From assembly GCF_006345805.1 (NCBI RefSeq), contig NC_043002.1:56048001-56112000 (forward strand): a DNA stretch of 64,000 nt, given 5' to 3'. The notes under the pieces were generated by a model that had not been told where the DNA came from, made no database searches, and was given only the letters and a program-made list of their open reading frames with translations. Position numbers and translations under genes: made by a program. Positions 11,467 to 25,900 of the stretch are shown here, one piece after another. Positions within the stretch are counted from its first letter, which is position 1. Each line of letters opens with the position of its first letter. This stretch comes from Octopus sinensis (Eukaryota).

Positions 11467-13854
11467 GTTCTTAGAATTCAGGTATGAGCAGTTATAAAAA
11501 CCCTGATTTTGGGGAAATTAATCAGTGATCGTTGGTTGTCACTTGACACCACAACACTCACCCTAGTGATTCACGACACTCACTCCTTTGAGATATATTG
11601 GCTATTTTTATGCTATGTCTGTTACTTGAATCCAACAAGGCTTATTTGAATTGTTGTGTAAACTCTGGTAGTTTAGTATGAAAGAATTAGCTAGTATAAA
11701 TTTTATGTCATAACTCTCTACAACAAATTTCTTTAACTTGTAAATGTACAGTAAATATTATATGTACATTAATAAACTGATTTAGTAAATATTTTCTCTT
11801 TCTTCACTTTTTTCAATCTGCTAATGAAATTTATTTCTGCAACCATGAAACTGTTTTTATAGCAGTGATAAGCAACACAAACTTATTTATCTTCAACATA
11901 CATGTATGCTTCAACATGTTCGTTTAAGCGTATTGATATATATATATTTCACTATGGTGTTTATGTAGCTTGAGTTGAGATTTATGGATAGTGATAATAC
12001 TTATAATTACGGGTTTATCAATATAGATTCTAACTCAAGAAATGAAATATATGTATTATCTCTTCCAAGTCAAAACCATATAAATATGATAAAATATCCT
12101 TATAAAAGTGATAAAATAGGTAAATCACCACATTATAGAAGTGGTACCCTATCAGCCATCATAACAATCCACCGTTATACCCTTATGATCCCAACCTGTT
12201 TCAGATTGACAAAATTGATTAACAATTTTACTGCAGAAATCAAACATATCCTCTCAAAATGACATTATTCTTAATTGTGGAAAACCGTTTTATACACCAA
12301 TCTGGCTTTTGTTGAGGAATGTCATGTTTAAAACTATTTTCTCTCAAGATATGTCAAATTTATTAAGGCAATGTGACTTGCAGAAAATAACAATTCTATG
12401 TCTTGGTAGATATTTAACATCATTACTGGAATAACCATAAAATTTCACTTCGCAGTTAAAAGGTTAAAGCAACATTTGTCTTTCACTTATATTTTTGGTA
12501 GCGCACCTGTTTCCGTCTTCATTCCTGATCTCTCTCCGGCTGAGTAACCTTGTACTTCCTCTACAGCAAGACCCCTGTATCTGTCTCATTATAACCTTTT
12601 ATCATCCAACACAAGATCACCCCCTCCAATGCCTCTTGAAAGTTTTTCCTCTCCTCTTGAAAGTTTTTCTTTTTTTTTAATTTTTTTCTGTCTTGCAAGT
12701 ACTTGGTGACCCTACTGGTGCAGGTGCCACTTAAAAGTACCCAATCCACACAGTGTTCAGAAGGGCATCCAGCTGTAAAATCTTTGCCAATCTTGTGCCA
12801 CATAAAAAGCACTGAGTCCACTCTGCTGAGTGGTTGGTGTTAGGAAGGGCATCCAGCTGTAAAAATCCTGCCAAAACAGTCACAGAAGTGTGCATGTGTG
12901 TGTGTGTGTACAAGGGAAGTATGTGAATGTGTGTATCTGTGTATCTTATGTACCTGATTTTGTAGCTTATAATCATATATATTAAATACTACAATTAGCC
13001 GTTATTTTTCATGTCACAGGGACACCTAGTAACATATATATCAACACTTAACCATTTGAGTGACCAAGTCATTAGAGTGTTGGGCAGAATACTTCAGACT
13101 CTCTGTGTTCTGAATTCCAATCCCACCAAGATCAAATTTATCTTTCTTCCCGTTTAAGGTCAAAATAAAAAATCCAGAGGCAGTGGGTTGGTGGGGCTCT
13201 TAGAATATCAGATCAGATACCTTACATATCTCTTCTGGCTCTTTGCATACTGAGTTCAAATCTTACCCCCACTCCACCTATCCCACTAAGGTGAGTGACA
13301 AACTTAACCTGTCTCCCCACCTGATGCATTAGGTATCTTTAGTGGAGTTCACTCTGTTATAAGCATTCAAGACAGGTCTCTGTTTAAGGATATCTTCTGC
13401 TTTTCCTTCAACTAATCTCAGAAACTCTACAAGGGGTCATGGGGACAGCCTTACTTCCTGCCTATCAATGACTGTACATGTTTATTATGACAAAGTGTTC
13501 AGCGCGCATGCGCGCACATACATACACATGCAGATATAGATCAGAGATTGTGAGTAAAGGTTGATGTTTTAACCAGATAATATAAACAAGTGTAGGGGTG
13601 GAGAAAAACTGGAAGCAGACAAAACAAAACAGAATGTACGGGGGGGGGGGGATTATGTAAAGAGCAACAACAACAACAACAAAGTTCATTAAATGTCACA
13701 CACTATACTTTATGAATGAAAGATTAACTGGGATAAAGAAACTGAAAAGGAAAAAAACATGGCTGGAGGTAAATGGAAAAATAAATAAAATCTCAGTAAA
13801 ATTAAATAAAATGATGTTTAAATTTTCTTTTCATTCTCTTTCAATTTCAGAGAA

Positions 13855-14362
13855 CATCATCATCATTTAACGTCTGCTTTCCATGCTGGCATGGGTTGGA
13901 CAGTTTGACTGAAGACTGGCAAGCGAGGAAGCTGTACCAGGCTTCCATCTGATCTGGCAAGATTTCTACAGCTTGATGCCCTTCCTAACACCAACCCCTC
14001 TGACAGTGTGGTGGGTGCTTTTTACATTCCACTGGCACAGGAGCCAGTCAGATGGTGCCAGCATCGAGCACACTCGAATGATGCATTTTATGTGTTACTG
14101 GCACAGGAGCCAGTCCGATGGGACTGACATTGACCACTCTTAGAAGATGGTTTTTTTACGTGCCACTGGCACAGGAGCCAATCAAGCAGTACTGGCATCG
14201 GCCACACTTGGATGGTGCTTTTTATGTGCCAGTCAGGCAGTATGGCATCAACCACGACAATGATTTCACTTGACTCAACAGGTCTTCTCAAGCACAGCAC
14301 ATTGCCCAATGATCAAAGGCTACTCTTAGATGGGTCAGTTAAGCGACACTGGCATCAACCAC
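13855..14362 (-). mobile_element. Representative RTE-tail repeat with ~47-60-bp internal tandem units
   Basis: (CAT)n-TTTAACGTCTGCTTTCCATGCTGGCATGGGTTGGA... plus repeated GCCACTGGCACAGGAGCCAGTC units. Other copies at ~1283-1460, 7080-7400, 23065-23300, 27308-27500, 32630-32810 and 52585-52833. Confidence 0.75.
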
Positions 14363-14759
14363 TTGTTTTTCTCTCTTCCATTAGTTTCTTCTTGGCCCCT
14401 GCAACTATTGGTATATCTCTATCTTTCAGTTGCTCTTGTTAATGTACCCTTGTCATGTTGGTCATCCATTTCCCTGTCCTCTACACCACAAATCTATCCC
14501 TTTGTCTCTCCATTTACTTCTCAAACATATTCATATTCATCTTATCCGCTCCACAATACCGTTCTACTGCAACCATTTGCTCCCCCCCACCTTAACTATC
14601 CATCTATTTCTTTTATAAACCAACGAAGCTGCTAGCATGGCTGTGTGGTAAAAAGTCAGTCCCACTTCATTGTGTCTTTGACGAGTGTCTTGTACCTTAG
14701 TCTTGGTCTAACCAAAGCCTTGTGGGCAGATTTGGTAGATGGAAACTGAAAGAAGCCTA

Positions 14760-15162
14760 GGCGTGGCTGTGTGGTAAAAAGCTTGCTTCTGAAACACATG
14801 GTTCCGGGTTGAATTCCACTGCATGGCATCATGGGCAAGTGTCTTCTACTACAGCCTCGGACTGACCAAAGTCTTGTCAGTGGATTTGGTAGACAGAAAC
14901 TGAAAGAAGCCTGTCCTACGGACGTTAAACAATGATGATGATGACGATGACGTGTATATGTTTGTGTGACTGTGTTTGTCACCACTACCATCACTTGACA
15001 ACCAATGTTGGCATGTTTACGTCCCCGTAACTTAGCAGTTCGGCAAAAGAGACCAATAGAATAAGTACTAGGCTTACAAAGAATGAATCCTGGGGCCGAT
15101 TCATTCGACTAAAGGCAGTGCTCCAGCATGGCCGCAGTCCAATGACTGAAACAAGTAGAAGA
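14760..15162 (+). mobile_element. tRNA-derived CORE-type SINE (most abundant family; representative copy)
   Basis: A box TGGCTGTGTGG, B box GGTTCAGTCC-like, CORE-like TGGCACCTTGGGCAAGTG, an internal microsatellite and a 3' end ...ATGACTGAAACAAGTAAAAG. Dozens of copies, e.g. 6714-7075+, 9700-10030+, 23930-24305-, 25285-25640-, 28510-28895+, 34355-34757-, 44675-45048-, 48727-49115+, 53825-54225-, 54385-54750+, 58070-58475-. Resembles octopus SINEs as I recall them. Confidence 0.88.
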
Positions 15163-15720
15163 ATGTGTGTGTGAGTGTGTATCCCACCCCTCCACTGCTT
15201 GACAACCAGTGTTGGTGTGTTTACATCCCCTACAACACAAGTTTGGCAACAGAGACCAACAGAATGAGTAACAGGCTTAAAAGAATAAGTACGTGAGGGG
15301 GGGGGGGGGCTTCGTTCAACTAAAATACAAGGCAGTGCCCCAGCATGGCCACAGTCTCATGATCGAAGCAATTAAAAGAGATTATATCTATCCAACTCAC
15401 CAATCTATGTCATCTACCTTATGGTTATCCACCGGTCCACCTACCTCACCCACCCATCTACCTACCTACAAAACTATTTCTGTATTTGATCAGTGTTTTT
15501 TATTATTTCTATCAAACCTTATTTCTTTTTTTTTTTATTTTTATATTTATTTTCCTTCTATTCTTTTCGTACTCCAATTTTTTTTAAAGTTTATTCATTT
15601 CTTTATTTCTCTATTGTTTTCTCTTTTCGCTACTCCCCCTCATCCCCTCCTATTGTCAAATCTGTAACACTAATTAACAAGTTCTTGAACTATAAACAGT
15701 GATGATATACAAAGATAAGT

Positions 15721-15768
<48 letters not shown>

Positions 15769-16156
15769 CATGATAGCTAATGGAAAGCAAGGGAGAGTTT
15801 TATTATTTAGGTTGCAAGATTTTCCATTTGATAAAGTGATTTTGGATTCACTGTGTAAAACAAGAACAGATTAGTTAGGTACAATGTACAGACTTTAAAA
15901 ATAAAGAGAAACAAAATCTCATTCCATCAAGCAACAACCGACTTCATTAATAATGCTTTTATAGAGACAACACTTTTAGGATAATGGAAGACCTTTACAA
16001 AAAGAGGACATCTGTTGCAAAGTAATAAAATAAAGAGGAAAATCCTGAATACTACAACATTTCTGTTTAAGCCTCTGTCACAGAAAACAATTTTCAAGTA
16101 AAAGTTTGGCAAGCTGATGCCATGATGTAGTTTCAATCCTGGACAAAAACTATTCA

Positions 16157-17007
16157 CACTTTTAATACCAACCCGGCTGAAACCACCCCTGGCTCTGTAA
16201 TACAAATATCTTGTTTTCAAAAGTTCTGAATTAAAATCTTCCACAAAACCTTAGTCACAATTTATGTTCCTAACACCAGCTTAATGATAACTTAAGTTAT
16301 TTTACTAAATTCTTTGTTGTATTTAAAATTAACTGAAAGAAACACAGAACATCTCAACAGAAATATGGTAACAAAAGGGTTAAAATATATAATAGAGAAA
16401 CAATTCTTAACCCCTTTGATACCAATCCGGCTGAAACCACCTCTGGTTCTGTAGTACAAATGTCTTGTTTTCATAAGTTCTGAATTAAAGTCTTCCACCA
16501 AACCTTAGTCACAATTTATGTTCCTAACACTAGCTGAATGATAACTAAATTATTTTACTAAATTCTTTGTTATATTTAAAATTATTTGAAAGAAACACAG
16601 AGCATCACAGCAGAAATATGGTAACAAAACAGTTAAAGAGTGCACTAGATGCTCTGTATGTGGCATTAGCACTGATGCTTTGTATGTGGCACCAAATAAA
16701 TTGCAAGACAAAAAGTCCTCAGCTAGGAGATGGGGAAGTAGTGAAGGAGGTGTCTTTGTACAGGTTGGGAGATTAACACTTTAGCATATAACCTTTTTGA
16801 TACCAATCCGGCTGAAACTGTCTCTGAGTACAAATGTCTTGTTTTCAAAAGTTCTGAATTAAAATCCTCCACCAAACCTTAGTAACAATTTATGTTCCTA
16901 ACACTAGCTTAATGATAACCTATGTTATTTTACTAAATTCTTTGTTTTATTTAAAATTAATAGAAAGAAATACAGAGCATCTCAACAGAAATATGGTAAC
17001 AAAAGGG
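16157..17007 (+). mobile_element. Three clustered copies of a ~220-bp piggyBac-type MITE (family A): 16157-16379, 16411-16632, 16792-17007
   Basis: TTAA|CCC(C/T)TTTGATACC ... GGTAACAAAAGGG|TTAA termini, and the three bodies align closely. Older copies lie at ~3610-3830, ~10530-10735 and ~17425-17625. Confidence 0.85.
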
Positions 17008-18876
17008 TTAAATTTGTTTGACCCCTTTTTCTCACTATTTTTCTAGTTTCTCTCTTTCCAGCTCTACTCTGACCACTCGCTCCTAAAATGAAAATAACCA
17101 AGTGACCCCTCTACAGCAAGACCCTTGCTCTGCTCTGCAACCTTCACTCATATTTCAATCCCTCATCTGCTAGCATAAAGCCACTCTCCCACTTGAGCTC
17201 CACAGTCCTGCAAGCTGAATAACAACTCAACTAGTTCTAGTGGCACATAAAAAAAAAAAATACCCAGTAAATGCTGTAAAATGGTTGGCACCAGGAAGAG
17301 CATCCAGCCTTAGAAATTATACCAAAACAGACGACTTGAGTATGGTGCGGTCTGCAGACCCATCAGATCCTGAGAAAGTGTCCAATCCGTGCCAGTATAG
17401 AATATAGATGGTAAATGATGATGATTTCTGTTGAAATGCACTGCCTGGTTGCAATTATATTTTCAAAATAAATGAAGAATTTAGAAAAATAACTCATCTC
17501 TGCTGGTGTTTGGAACCAAATTAATGTGAAACTTTGATGGAAGGTTTTCATTAAGATTACTTTAAAACAGGGAGTTTCTATCAGAACCAAGGGCAGTTCC
17601 TGACAGGTTTCTATTAAAAGGGTGGAACTAAATTCTGGTATTCTACAGTGTCTGCTACTGGAATGCAGATTAAAAAGAATTTATAAAAAATAAACTGGAA
17701 TAAACTAAAGGGGGATAAGGGTACAAAGACTCCATTTAAAAGACACCAGTGTACTACTGTTATATACTTTATTGATGCTTAAAAAAAAATTGAGAGACAA
17801 AGTGGGCAGAAGCTAGATTTGAACACAGACCCACAGCTATGCAACTAAAAATGTTTTTTTAGGCTTTTTTGGCCAAACACTCAACCATTTTCACTACCAA
17901 ATAATAGTAATCCTTTCTATTATAGACACAATAATAGTTTCAAATTTTGGGCAATTTCAGGAAAGGAGTCAACTCAATGACATTGACCCCTAGAGGGTCT
18001 CAAATGGTATTTATTTTAACTTCTTTGAAAGGAAATCAGAATGGAAAGAACCACAAGAAATGTTGCTAAGCATTTGGTCCAGTGAGGTAACAATTCTGCC
18101 AACACACTACCTTAATAATAATAATAATAAAAATAATACAACCTTTATTCAGGGACCTTTTGGGTGGGATGGGCTACTTGACCTGAAGAAAATTCTAACT
18201 GGGCCCCACCTGCAAAGTCAGGTACTGTTTATCTTGATATGAGATGACCATGTCGCGCATATATGGTTGTGATGCATGTGCCTGGTGTACCTTTATCAGA
18301 CAGGTTGTCATGATGGGTATATTGGGCTTTGTATATTTATACTCTAGTGTCACTTTGATGACATGTGCTGCGCCCTCAATAGTTCTCAAAGGAGAATAGT
18401 TGATTACATCAACCCTTGACCACAAAGGGTTTACATGAAGGAAAATATTATGGATAGTACAGGACAAAACACAGAGTGTGTGTGTGCGCGCGTGAGAGAG
18501 AGAGAGAAAGAGATAATGAGAAAAATAATTTTAATACAATACAATTTATTTACAAATGCTACTTGAAGTTATTTTTGGTGGTTAACTGTCACACTTGTTG
18601 TAGGGTCAAAGATAACAGTACCCCTTCTCTGCTCCACCTCACACATGCACAAATATGTTCTTCCTGTCACAGACTACTGCTACTAATTATTATTATTATT
18701 ATTATTAGCCGAGAGATATAAGTCTGATTCAAAGCATGACGCATAGGCAGCTGACATACAATATCCTGTACCAGTGCCGAGTCCCAAATTCCAGCCATAC
18801 AGAGGAGGATAAGGTGATAGTTGCCAGACATTGAGTCAGTTTCTCAGTCCATTCCTCAAATGAGAGCCTCTCTCTC

Positions 18877-18915
<39 letters not shown>

Positions 18916-18949
18916 TTAAACATCAGAACATCAAGGTCAACAGATTTAA

Positions 18950-19169
18950 CCCTTTTGCATTCAGATTTCTCTGACAAATGTAATGCTAATTCCTCCACAT
19001 TGTTTTGAATTAATCATACATTATCTCAAAGCCAAGAGATTTTAAAGATGTGACTGTTTATTTTTAGAATAAGATTGTAGGATAGGTGCGAGAGGTTGGA
19101 TCTGGCCAGGTTAAGCATAAAACAGATGGACTACCTGGGCCAAATCTGGTCAGTTTAAAGGCTAAAGAG
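18950..19169 (-). mobile_element. piggyBac-type MITE (family B)
   Basis: TTAA|CCCTTTTGCATT...GCTAAAGAG|TTCA. Related copies at 31003-31359, ~37490-37745, ~47940-48155 and ~49450-49620. Confidence 0.75.
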
Positions 19170-22100
19170 TTCAATTCAAAACATAAAGGTGAGCAAGTGT
19201 TGCTGACCATTCTTTGTGATAGTGCCATTGCAGTCAAGTCTACAGGCTGCAGCTGAGCATACCATTCTTTCTGGAGTGCCCTCCCTCCCTCCCTCCTCCT
19301 GCTTATTCACACCTTTTTATTTTCTTTTTCTTTGTTTTATCGTAATGGAATTGTGACTCAATCTTTATAAATAAAACTAGTTTTTAATTAAAAACAAAAA
19401 CTGATTTAAACACTAATCAGTTCTTGAACAAGTCTTTAATCTATCAAACCCCAAAAACCTGGTTTGATTGTTTTGTTTTGTTTTTTTGGTGGGGTAGGGT
19501 TGTTTTATTTTTTTTTTATTCCTGAAGGGGAGGGCCAATGATTATGGGCTTCTGGCTGTCCAAAACTGCAGAACCAAGATGATCACTCCAGAAGAATATT
19601 GGACAACCAGCAGAGGTCAATATTTTGTGGGCTGCTGCCATCAACACTTGGTTTAGTCATCTCTAGATCCTACGGCCCCTATGAGCAAATGGTCAAGGGA
19701 TTACTGCTATTAACTTTTTTTATCTTTTACTTGTTTCAGTCATTAAGCTGTTGCCATACTGGGGCACTATTTTTAAGAATTTTAGGTGAATGAATCTTTA
19801 TTTTAAACTGGGTACTTATCCACTAGCAAGGATTTGGTCGGCCCAAAGTTATCATAGAAGACACTTGCCCAAGGTGCCACACACAATGAGACTGAACCCA
19901 AAACCATGTGGTTGGGAAGCAAGCTTCTAACCTCATGCCTGCATCTATTTATTGCTATAACCAAAACAGAACAAAGACTTAATGTTGCAGATAGCAATGT
20001 GGTTCGGGAAAGGCTTCCAGTTCTTTAAAGTAATTAAACTAATTAATATTTGTTGGAATAATTGTTAACTTTTAGTGTTATGTGAATCATAACAGTCAAA
20101 TTAGATATATGGATGAATCATCTTGTGGCTAATTACATTAAAAGGCGCCACCACCATCGCCAGATGCCCTTCTACAGCCAGATGCCCTTCCTGTCACCAA
20201 CCTTCACCTGTTTCCAAGCAAGGTGTAATGATTTCCAATGGGTTAATACCTTTTTCACAGAAGACTGGAAACAAGCAACCTCATTCAAAACCTTGTAAGC
20301 AGATTTGATACATGGAAACTGACAAGGTCATCGTTTTCACACTCACATTTCCATGCTTGCATGGGTTAGAATTCATGAAAGCAGGTTTTCAATAACCGGA
20401 TGCCCTTCTTGTTGGCAAACCTTAACCGTTTCCAAGTGAGACAATATTTCCTCATGACCTGATACATTCTTTGCAGAAAACTGAAAATGAACAACACCTG
20501 TTTACAACCATCACGATGTGAAAACAAGGACACATGAGTATGCATGTGCATACTGGGCTTCTTTCAGTTTCTTATTGCTTTACTGCCCACAAGGGGCTAC
20601 ACACAGAGGGGACAAACAAGAACAGACAAATGGTGTGTAACTGGTACTTATTTAATTGACCCCTGAAAGGATGAAAGGCAAAGTTGACCTCAGCGGAATT
20701 TGAACTCAGAACGTAGCAGCAGACAAAATACCGCTAGGCATTTTGCCCAGCATGCTAACGTTTCTGTCAGCTGGTCACCTTTTTTTCTTTTTTTTTTTCT
20801 TTACCAGTATTAAGATATACGATGGAATAAATATGTCCAGCCATGCCAACACAAAATATTGTTTCATGTATTATTACAATGTTAAAATCCTAGAGAAAAT
20901 AAACACAGTTATAAATACGGTTTGACAAAAGTTATGAAAGTGAGGGATATGCTAGGCCAGGGAACAGAAGAAAGAAGACATGCACCCAACACCAGAGCTG
21001 AAGACACCTCCGAGGGGGGGGGGACGCCACGTCAAAACGGTAGAGGAGTAGGGGCCAAAACCGGACGTGGTTCCTCCTGATGATGTCTTGAGCTAACTGG
21101 ATCCTATAAAGGAGCTGTTGTGGTAGCAGACCACAAAACATGGTTGTAATTCCTGGAATGGCAGAAGAAACGGAAGAAACACTAGCATCAGTCGTTCTAC
21201 TCCGTTAGGTTAGTTGTCTATAATCACTGGTTACGAAAGTTAACGAGATTGAACACGTCATCACAACTTGGCATAGAGGACGATGAAGACCTGCGCATAG
21301 TTTCATCGTATTTCCGTAGAATTCTTCGTGTCTCTCCTGGGGTGATGGTCAGATGACCTTTGTGTGGCCAAAGACAAGGAAGAGTGAATAGTGGTTTCAC
21401 TACTGGTTTCTCTTCTGACAAATGGCAAAGGAGCAGACGTTACCCATGATGGAAAATGTGGTTTTTTTTTTTTGTGGTTCATGGATTAGAAAAACAGCTA
21501 TGAAGCTAGCAGTAGATGTAATGGCTTCTTTCAGTTTCTGTCTACCAAATCCACTCAAGTCAGCTCGGTGCTTCTGAAGAAAATATCTAACCAAGATGTC
21601 ACACCATGGGACTGACCCCAAAACCACATGGTTGGGAAGCAAGCTATTCAACCACAAGAAATGCTTAAGAATATATTCTTTTCTACTCTAGGCACAAGAC
21701 CCAAAATTGGGGGTGGGGCAGTCAATTAGATCGACCCAGTATGCAACTGGTACTTAATTTATCGACCTTGAAAAGATGAAAGGCAAAGTCAACATTGGCA
21801 GAATTTGAACTCAGAATGTAAAGAAAGATGAAAAGCTGCTAAGTATTTAACCTAGTGTGCTAACAATTCTGCCAGCTTGCTTTCTCTCTCTCTCTCATAT
21901 ATGTGTGTGTGTGAGTGTGTGTATGTATATATTTTACTTGTTTCACTCATTAGACTGTGGCCATGCTGGGACAAATGAATGAAGACCCCCACCCCAGAAG
22001 CATTCTTTTTAAAAACCTAGTACTTATTCTATCCGTTGCTTTTACCAAACCACTAAGCTATGGGGACGTAAACATACCAACATCGGTTATCAAGTGGTGG

Positions 22101-22949
22101 GCAAGGGGACAAACACACATACACAACAGGTTTCTTTTAGTTTCCATCAACCAAATCCACTGACAAGGGATAGAAGACGTTTGCCCAAGGTGCCACACAG
22201 TGTAACTGAACCTGGAACCATGTAGTTGGGAACCAAGCTTCTTACCCCACAGCCACACCTGTGCCTATATGTAACATTCCACTGAAACAAAAGTACACGA
22301 ATTTTTACTTGTGTGTGTGATTGTGTGTTTGCATGTGTATGTGCACACACACACACACACATACACACACATCAGGTTTCCATCCAAGTCCATTCTAAAA
22401 ACTATGCACCGTGGACCAAACACATCTATTAGGTTCCACACTAATCAAGAATAAAATCAATAAGAACAAAAGACAGCAAGCCCATTGGTCAGCAACCAAA
22501 CTTACCAAAGCCTCAACAGATTAAAAACAACACCAATAACAAAAACAAGCTGCACTAACATTATGTTCCACCTGTTTCCTTTGATGACAACACAATACCA
22601 TCTCCTCTTTTCTATTCACAAAACCTGGCTGCATCCCAACACATTTGCTTAAAACTATCTGCTTGCTGCACAACTGCACATGCAATATTCATTGACTTCA
22701 GATGTTTATGTGCCGTGACCTGCATAACCTGTGCAATAGCTCTACGCCCCAACTTCAACCTGTGCGCGCGCACACACACACACCGCAATTTGGCAATGCC
22801 AAAGAAGCCATGCCAAAGCTGACATTTTGAGGTTGGGGTAGCCCTTGGGCTCACTGGATCCTATCAAACCATCTAACCCAAGCCAGCATGGAAAAACAGA
22901 CATTACATTGTTATACATTTACATACAGAGACATATACACATGTGTGTG

Positions 22950-22992
<43 letters not shown>

Positions 22993-25900
22993 ACATATAT
23001 ATATATACATGCATACACACACAAATATACACAAATGCAAATATATATGTCTCTGTTGTTATTGTTGTTTAACGTCCGCTTTCCATGCTGGCATGGGTTG
23101 GACGGTTTTACTGGGGATTGGCATGCCAGAAAGCTGCACGAGGCTCCAATCTGATCTGGCAAGGTTTTTACAGCTGGATGCCCTTCCTGACACCAACCAC
23201 TCAGAGAGTGTAGCAGGTGCTTTTTACATGCCACCAGTACAGGAGCTAGTCAGGTAGCACTGGCATCGACCACGCTCGAATGGTGCTTTTTACGTGCTAC
23301 CATCACTTACACATATGTACTTATATACGCACACAACCAGAGATTTTTGGACAATCTTTGACTAGATGGGTGGATAGACTGACAAAGAGAGGGATGGAAG
23401 GATGGATTGATTGGATAACAAGAGAGAGAGAGGACATTCAATTAGCTGAATCACATCGGCTCTACAACACCAGGATATGACAATAACATTTCTCACAAAA
23501 CACTTTGGCTCTAATAGTCAACAATAATATAATATAATATCATGTTGTTTCCATTGTAGGCCAAACTTGACAGCAACCTCTACAGAAAGCCACATAGACA
23601 GACATTGACTGTTGTAAGACACTGCTTCTTCACTGGTACCAGCTGAGTCAGAGAAGAACAGTTGACTAATGATTTTCCCACCATGACCACCCACTCACAT
23701 GTTTTCTAGACAATACAACAGGAATTGTGTGTTTAAGAAGTGCCAACGGAAGTGGCCCATCAAATGGAAAGAAACAATAGTCTTTGATTCTCTCCTCTAT
23801 AATGATGGATGATGTGCTGCATGTGTGTGTGTGTGTGTGACGCACGCGCGCGTTTATGCGTGTGAATGTGTGCGTGCATGTGTATGCGTATGTATATATA
23901 TGTATATGTGTATGTGTGTGTGTGTGTGTCTTATCTTTTACTTGTTTCAGTTGCTAGATTGCAGCCATGCTGGAGCATCTTGAATTTTAGTCAAACAATT
24001 GGCTACAGTACTGTTTTATTTTTAAGCCTGATATTTATTCTATCAGTCTCTTTTGCTGAACCGCTAGATTACAGGGACATAAACACACCAACAGTGGTTG
24101 TTGAGTGGTGGTGAAAGACAAAGACACACACATGCACACACAACAGGCTTCTTTCAGTTTCCATCTACCAAATTCACTCGCAAGGCTTTCATCGGCTGTA
24201 TACCATAGTAGAAGACACTTGACGGAGGTGCTACACAGTGGGACTGAACCTGAAACCATGTAGTTGAGAAGCAAGTTTCTTACTACACAGCCATGCCTGC
24301 ACCTACAACTTGAGAGTAATGTGTTTTGAAATTCGGGAATTGGTGAAAAATTCCACAACTAAATCAACAGACAGAGTAACTTGTAGAGAAGCTAACTCAT
24401 CAATCCCCATATGTTTTCCCAAGCTCTGATAAGGAATTTGGGACACTTCTTAACAGAAAAAAGAAACAAGCTCTCAAAAGTTTTTTGCTGAATTATTTAA
24501 CAGATGTTTAACATGACAATTATAACAGAATTTAAAAAGAAAGAAAAAGTCCCACTTTTAACTCATTCCTGCTTTATCAAGCATTGTAAAAAATCACACT
24601 TTTTTTTTCTTTTCTCTTCTCACTCTCCACCCAGAAAATCCATCAGGCCTTCAACATTCTTTACATAACTAACAGTTTTAAAAAATCCTCTTTAGTATGT
24701 TTTTTTTTCTCCTAGTCTTTTTACAGTTATGTTTTTTTTTATTTCTCACATATCTTTTCTTCAGATCTAATTCCTTTCTGACCTCCCTAGCTGCATAATG
24801 TTGTCTTTTTGTTGTTTCTTTAAACAGGAGATAAAGATTATATTTGATAAAAGAGAAAGAGAAGGAGGAAGACAGAGAGAGAGAGAGAGATAGTCGAGAG
24901 ATGAAGAGAAAATAGGTTCACTTCTAAGGTTTAGTGTTGATGTTATAGAAAAGCAAGCCCCAATTAGTTCTGGTCCGATTTAGCATTTTCCAAACACAAA
25001 GGACCACATACAATGCTGAGACAGAGAAATAGAGATAGAGAGAAAGATAGAGATAGACAGACAGAAAGACAGACACACATACACAGAGCAATTCAACAAG
25101 TTTGAATATTTCTGAATATTTATTCTCCCATTCATAGTTCTCATGAATGAATGAATCCACAAAAACAGAACGCCAGTTTGAATGGAAGCTTTACATTTTG
25201 ACATTGAATAACTTCAGCCTTCTGCTTTCTGGGTTTGCTTCTGACGGGCATCATCTTTGCTGAATAAATGCCCAGTTTACTATCTTACTTTGTTTCAGTC
25301 ATTTGACTATGGCCATGCTGGAGCACCGCCTTTTAGTCGAAGAAATCATTCCCAGGATTTATTCTTTGTAAGCCTAGTACTTATTCTATCGCTCTCTTTT
25401 GCTGAACCACTAAGTTTCAGGTACATAAACACATCAACACCAGTTGTCAAGTGATGTTTGAGGGATACATACATACATACATACATATGTACGACAGGTA
25501 CACACACACACACACACACTTATATCCATGACAGGTTTCTTTCAGTTTCCATCTACCAAATCCACTCACAAGGCTTTGGCTGGTCCGAGGCTATAGTAAG
25601 GTGCCACGCAGTAGGACTGAACCTGGAACCATGTGGTTGTGAAGCAATGATAAAAGGCTTAGATTAGAGTTAACAGATTCAACCAAAACCTCATCCATAC
25701 AGATTTGTAACTTTGCAGCAATGTCAAATCCTAAAAACTTTTCGTCCAAACTACCTACACTCATACTTAACGGTATTTTTTCAATATTTTAAAAGATTTT
25801 TATCCTTGTTTCGGTCATTAGACCGTGGCCATGCGGGAGCACCACCTTGAAAACTTTTTAGCCAAATGAAACACCAATACGTTTTTTTTTTTTTTAAGCC

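Noticed and set aside
14760-14830. tRNA genes suggested by A/B boxes
   Set aside because: These are SINE heads continuing into CORE/Meta bodies, with no complete cloverleaf.
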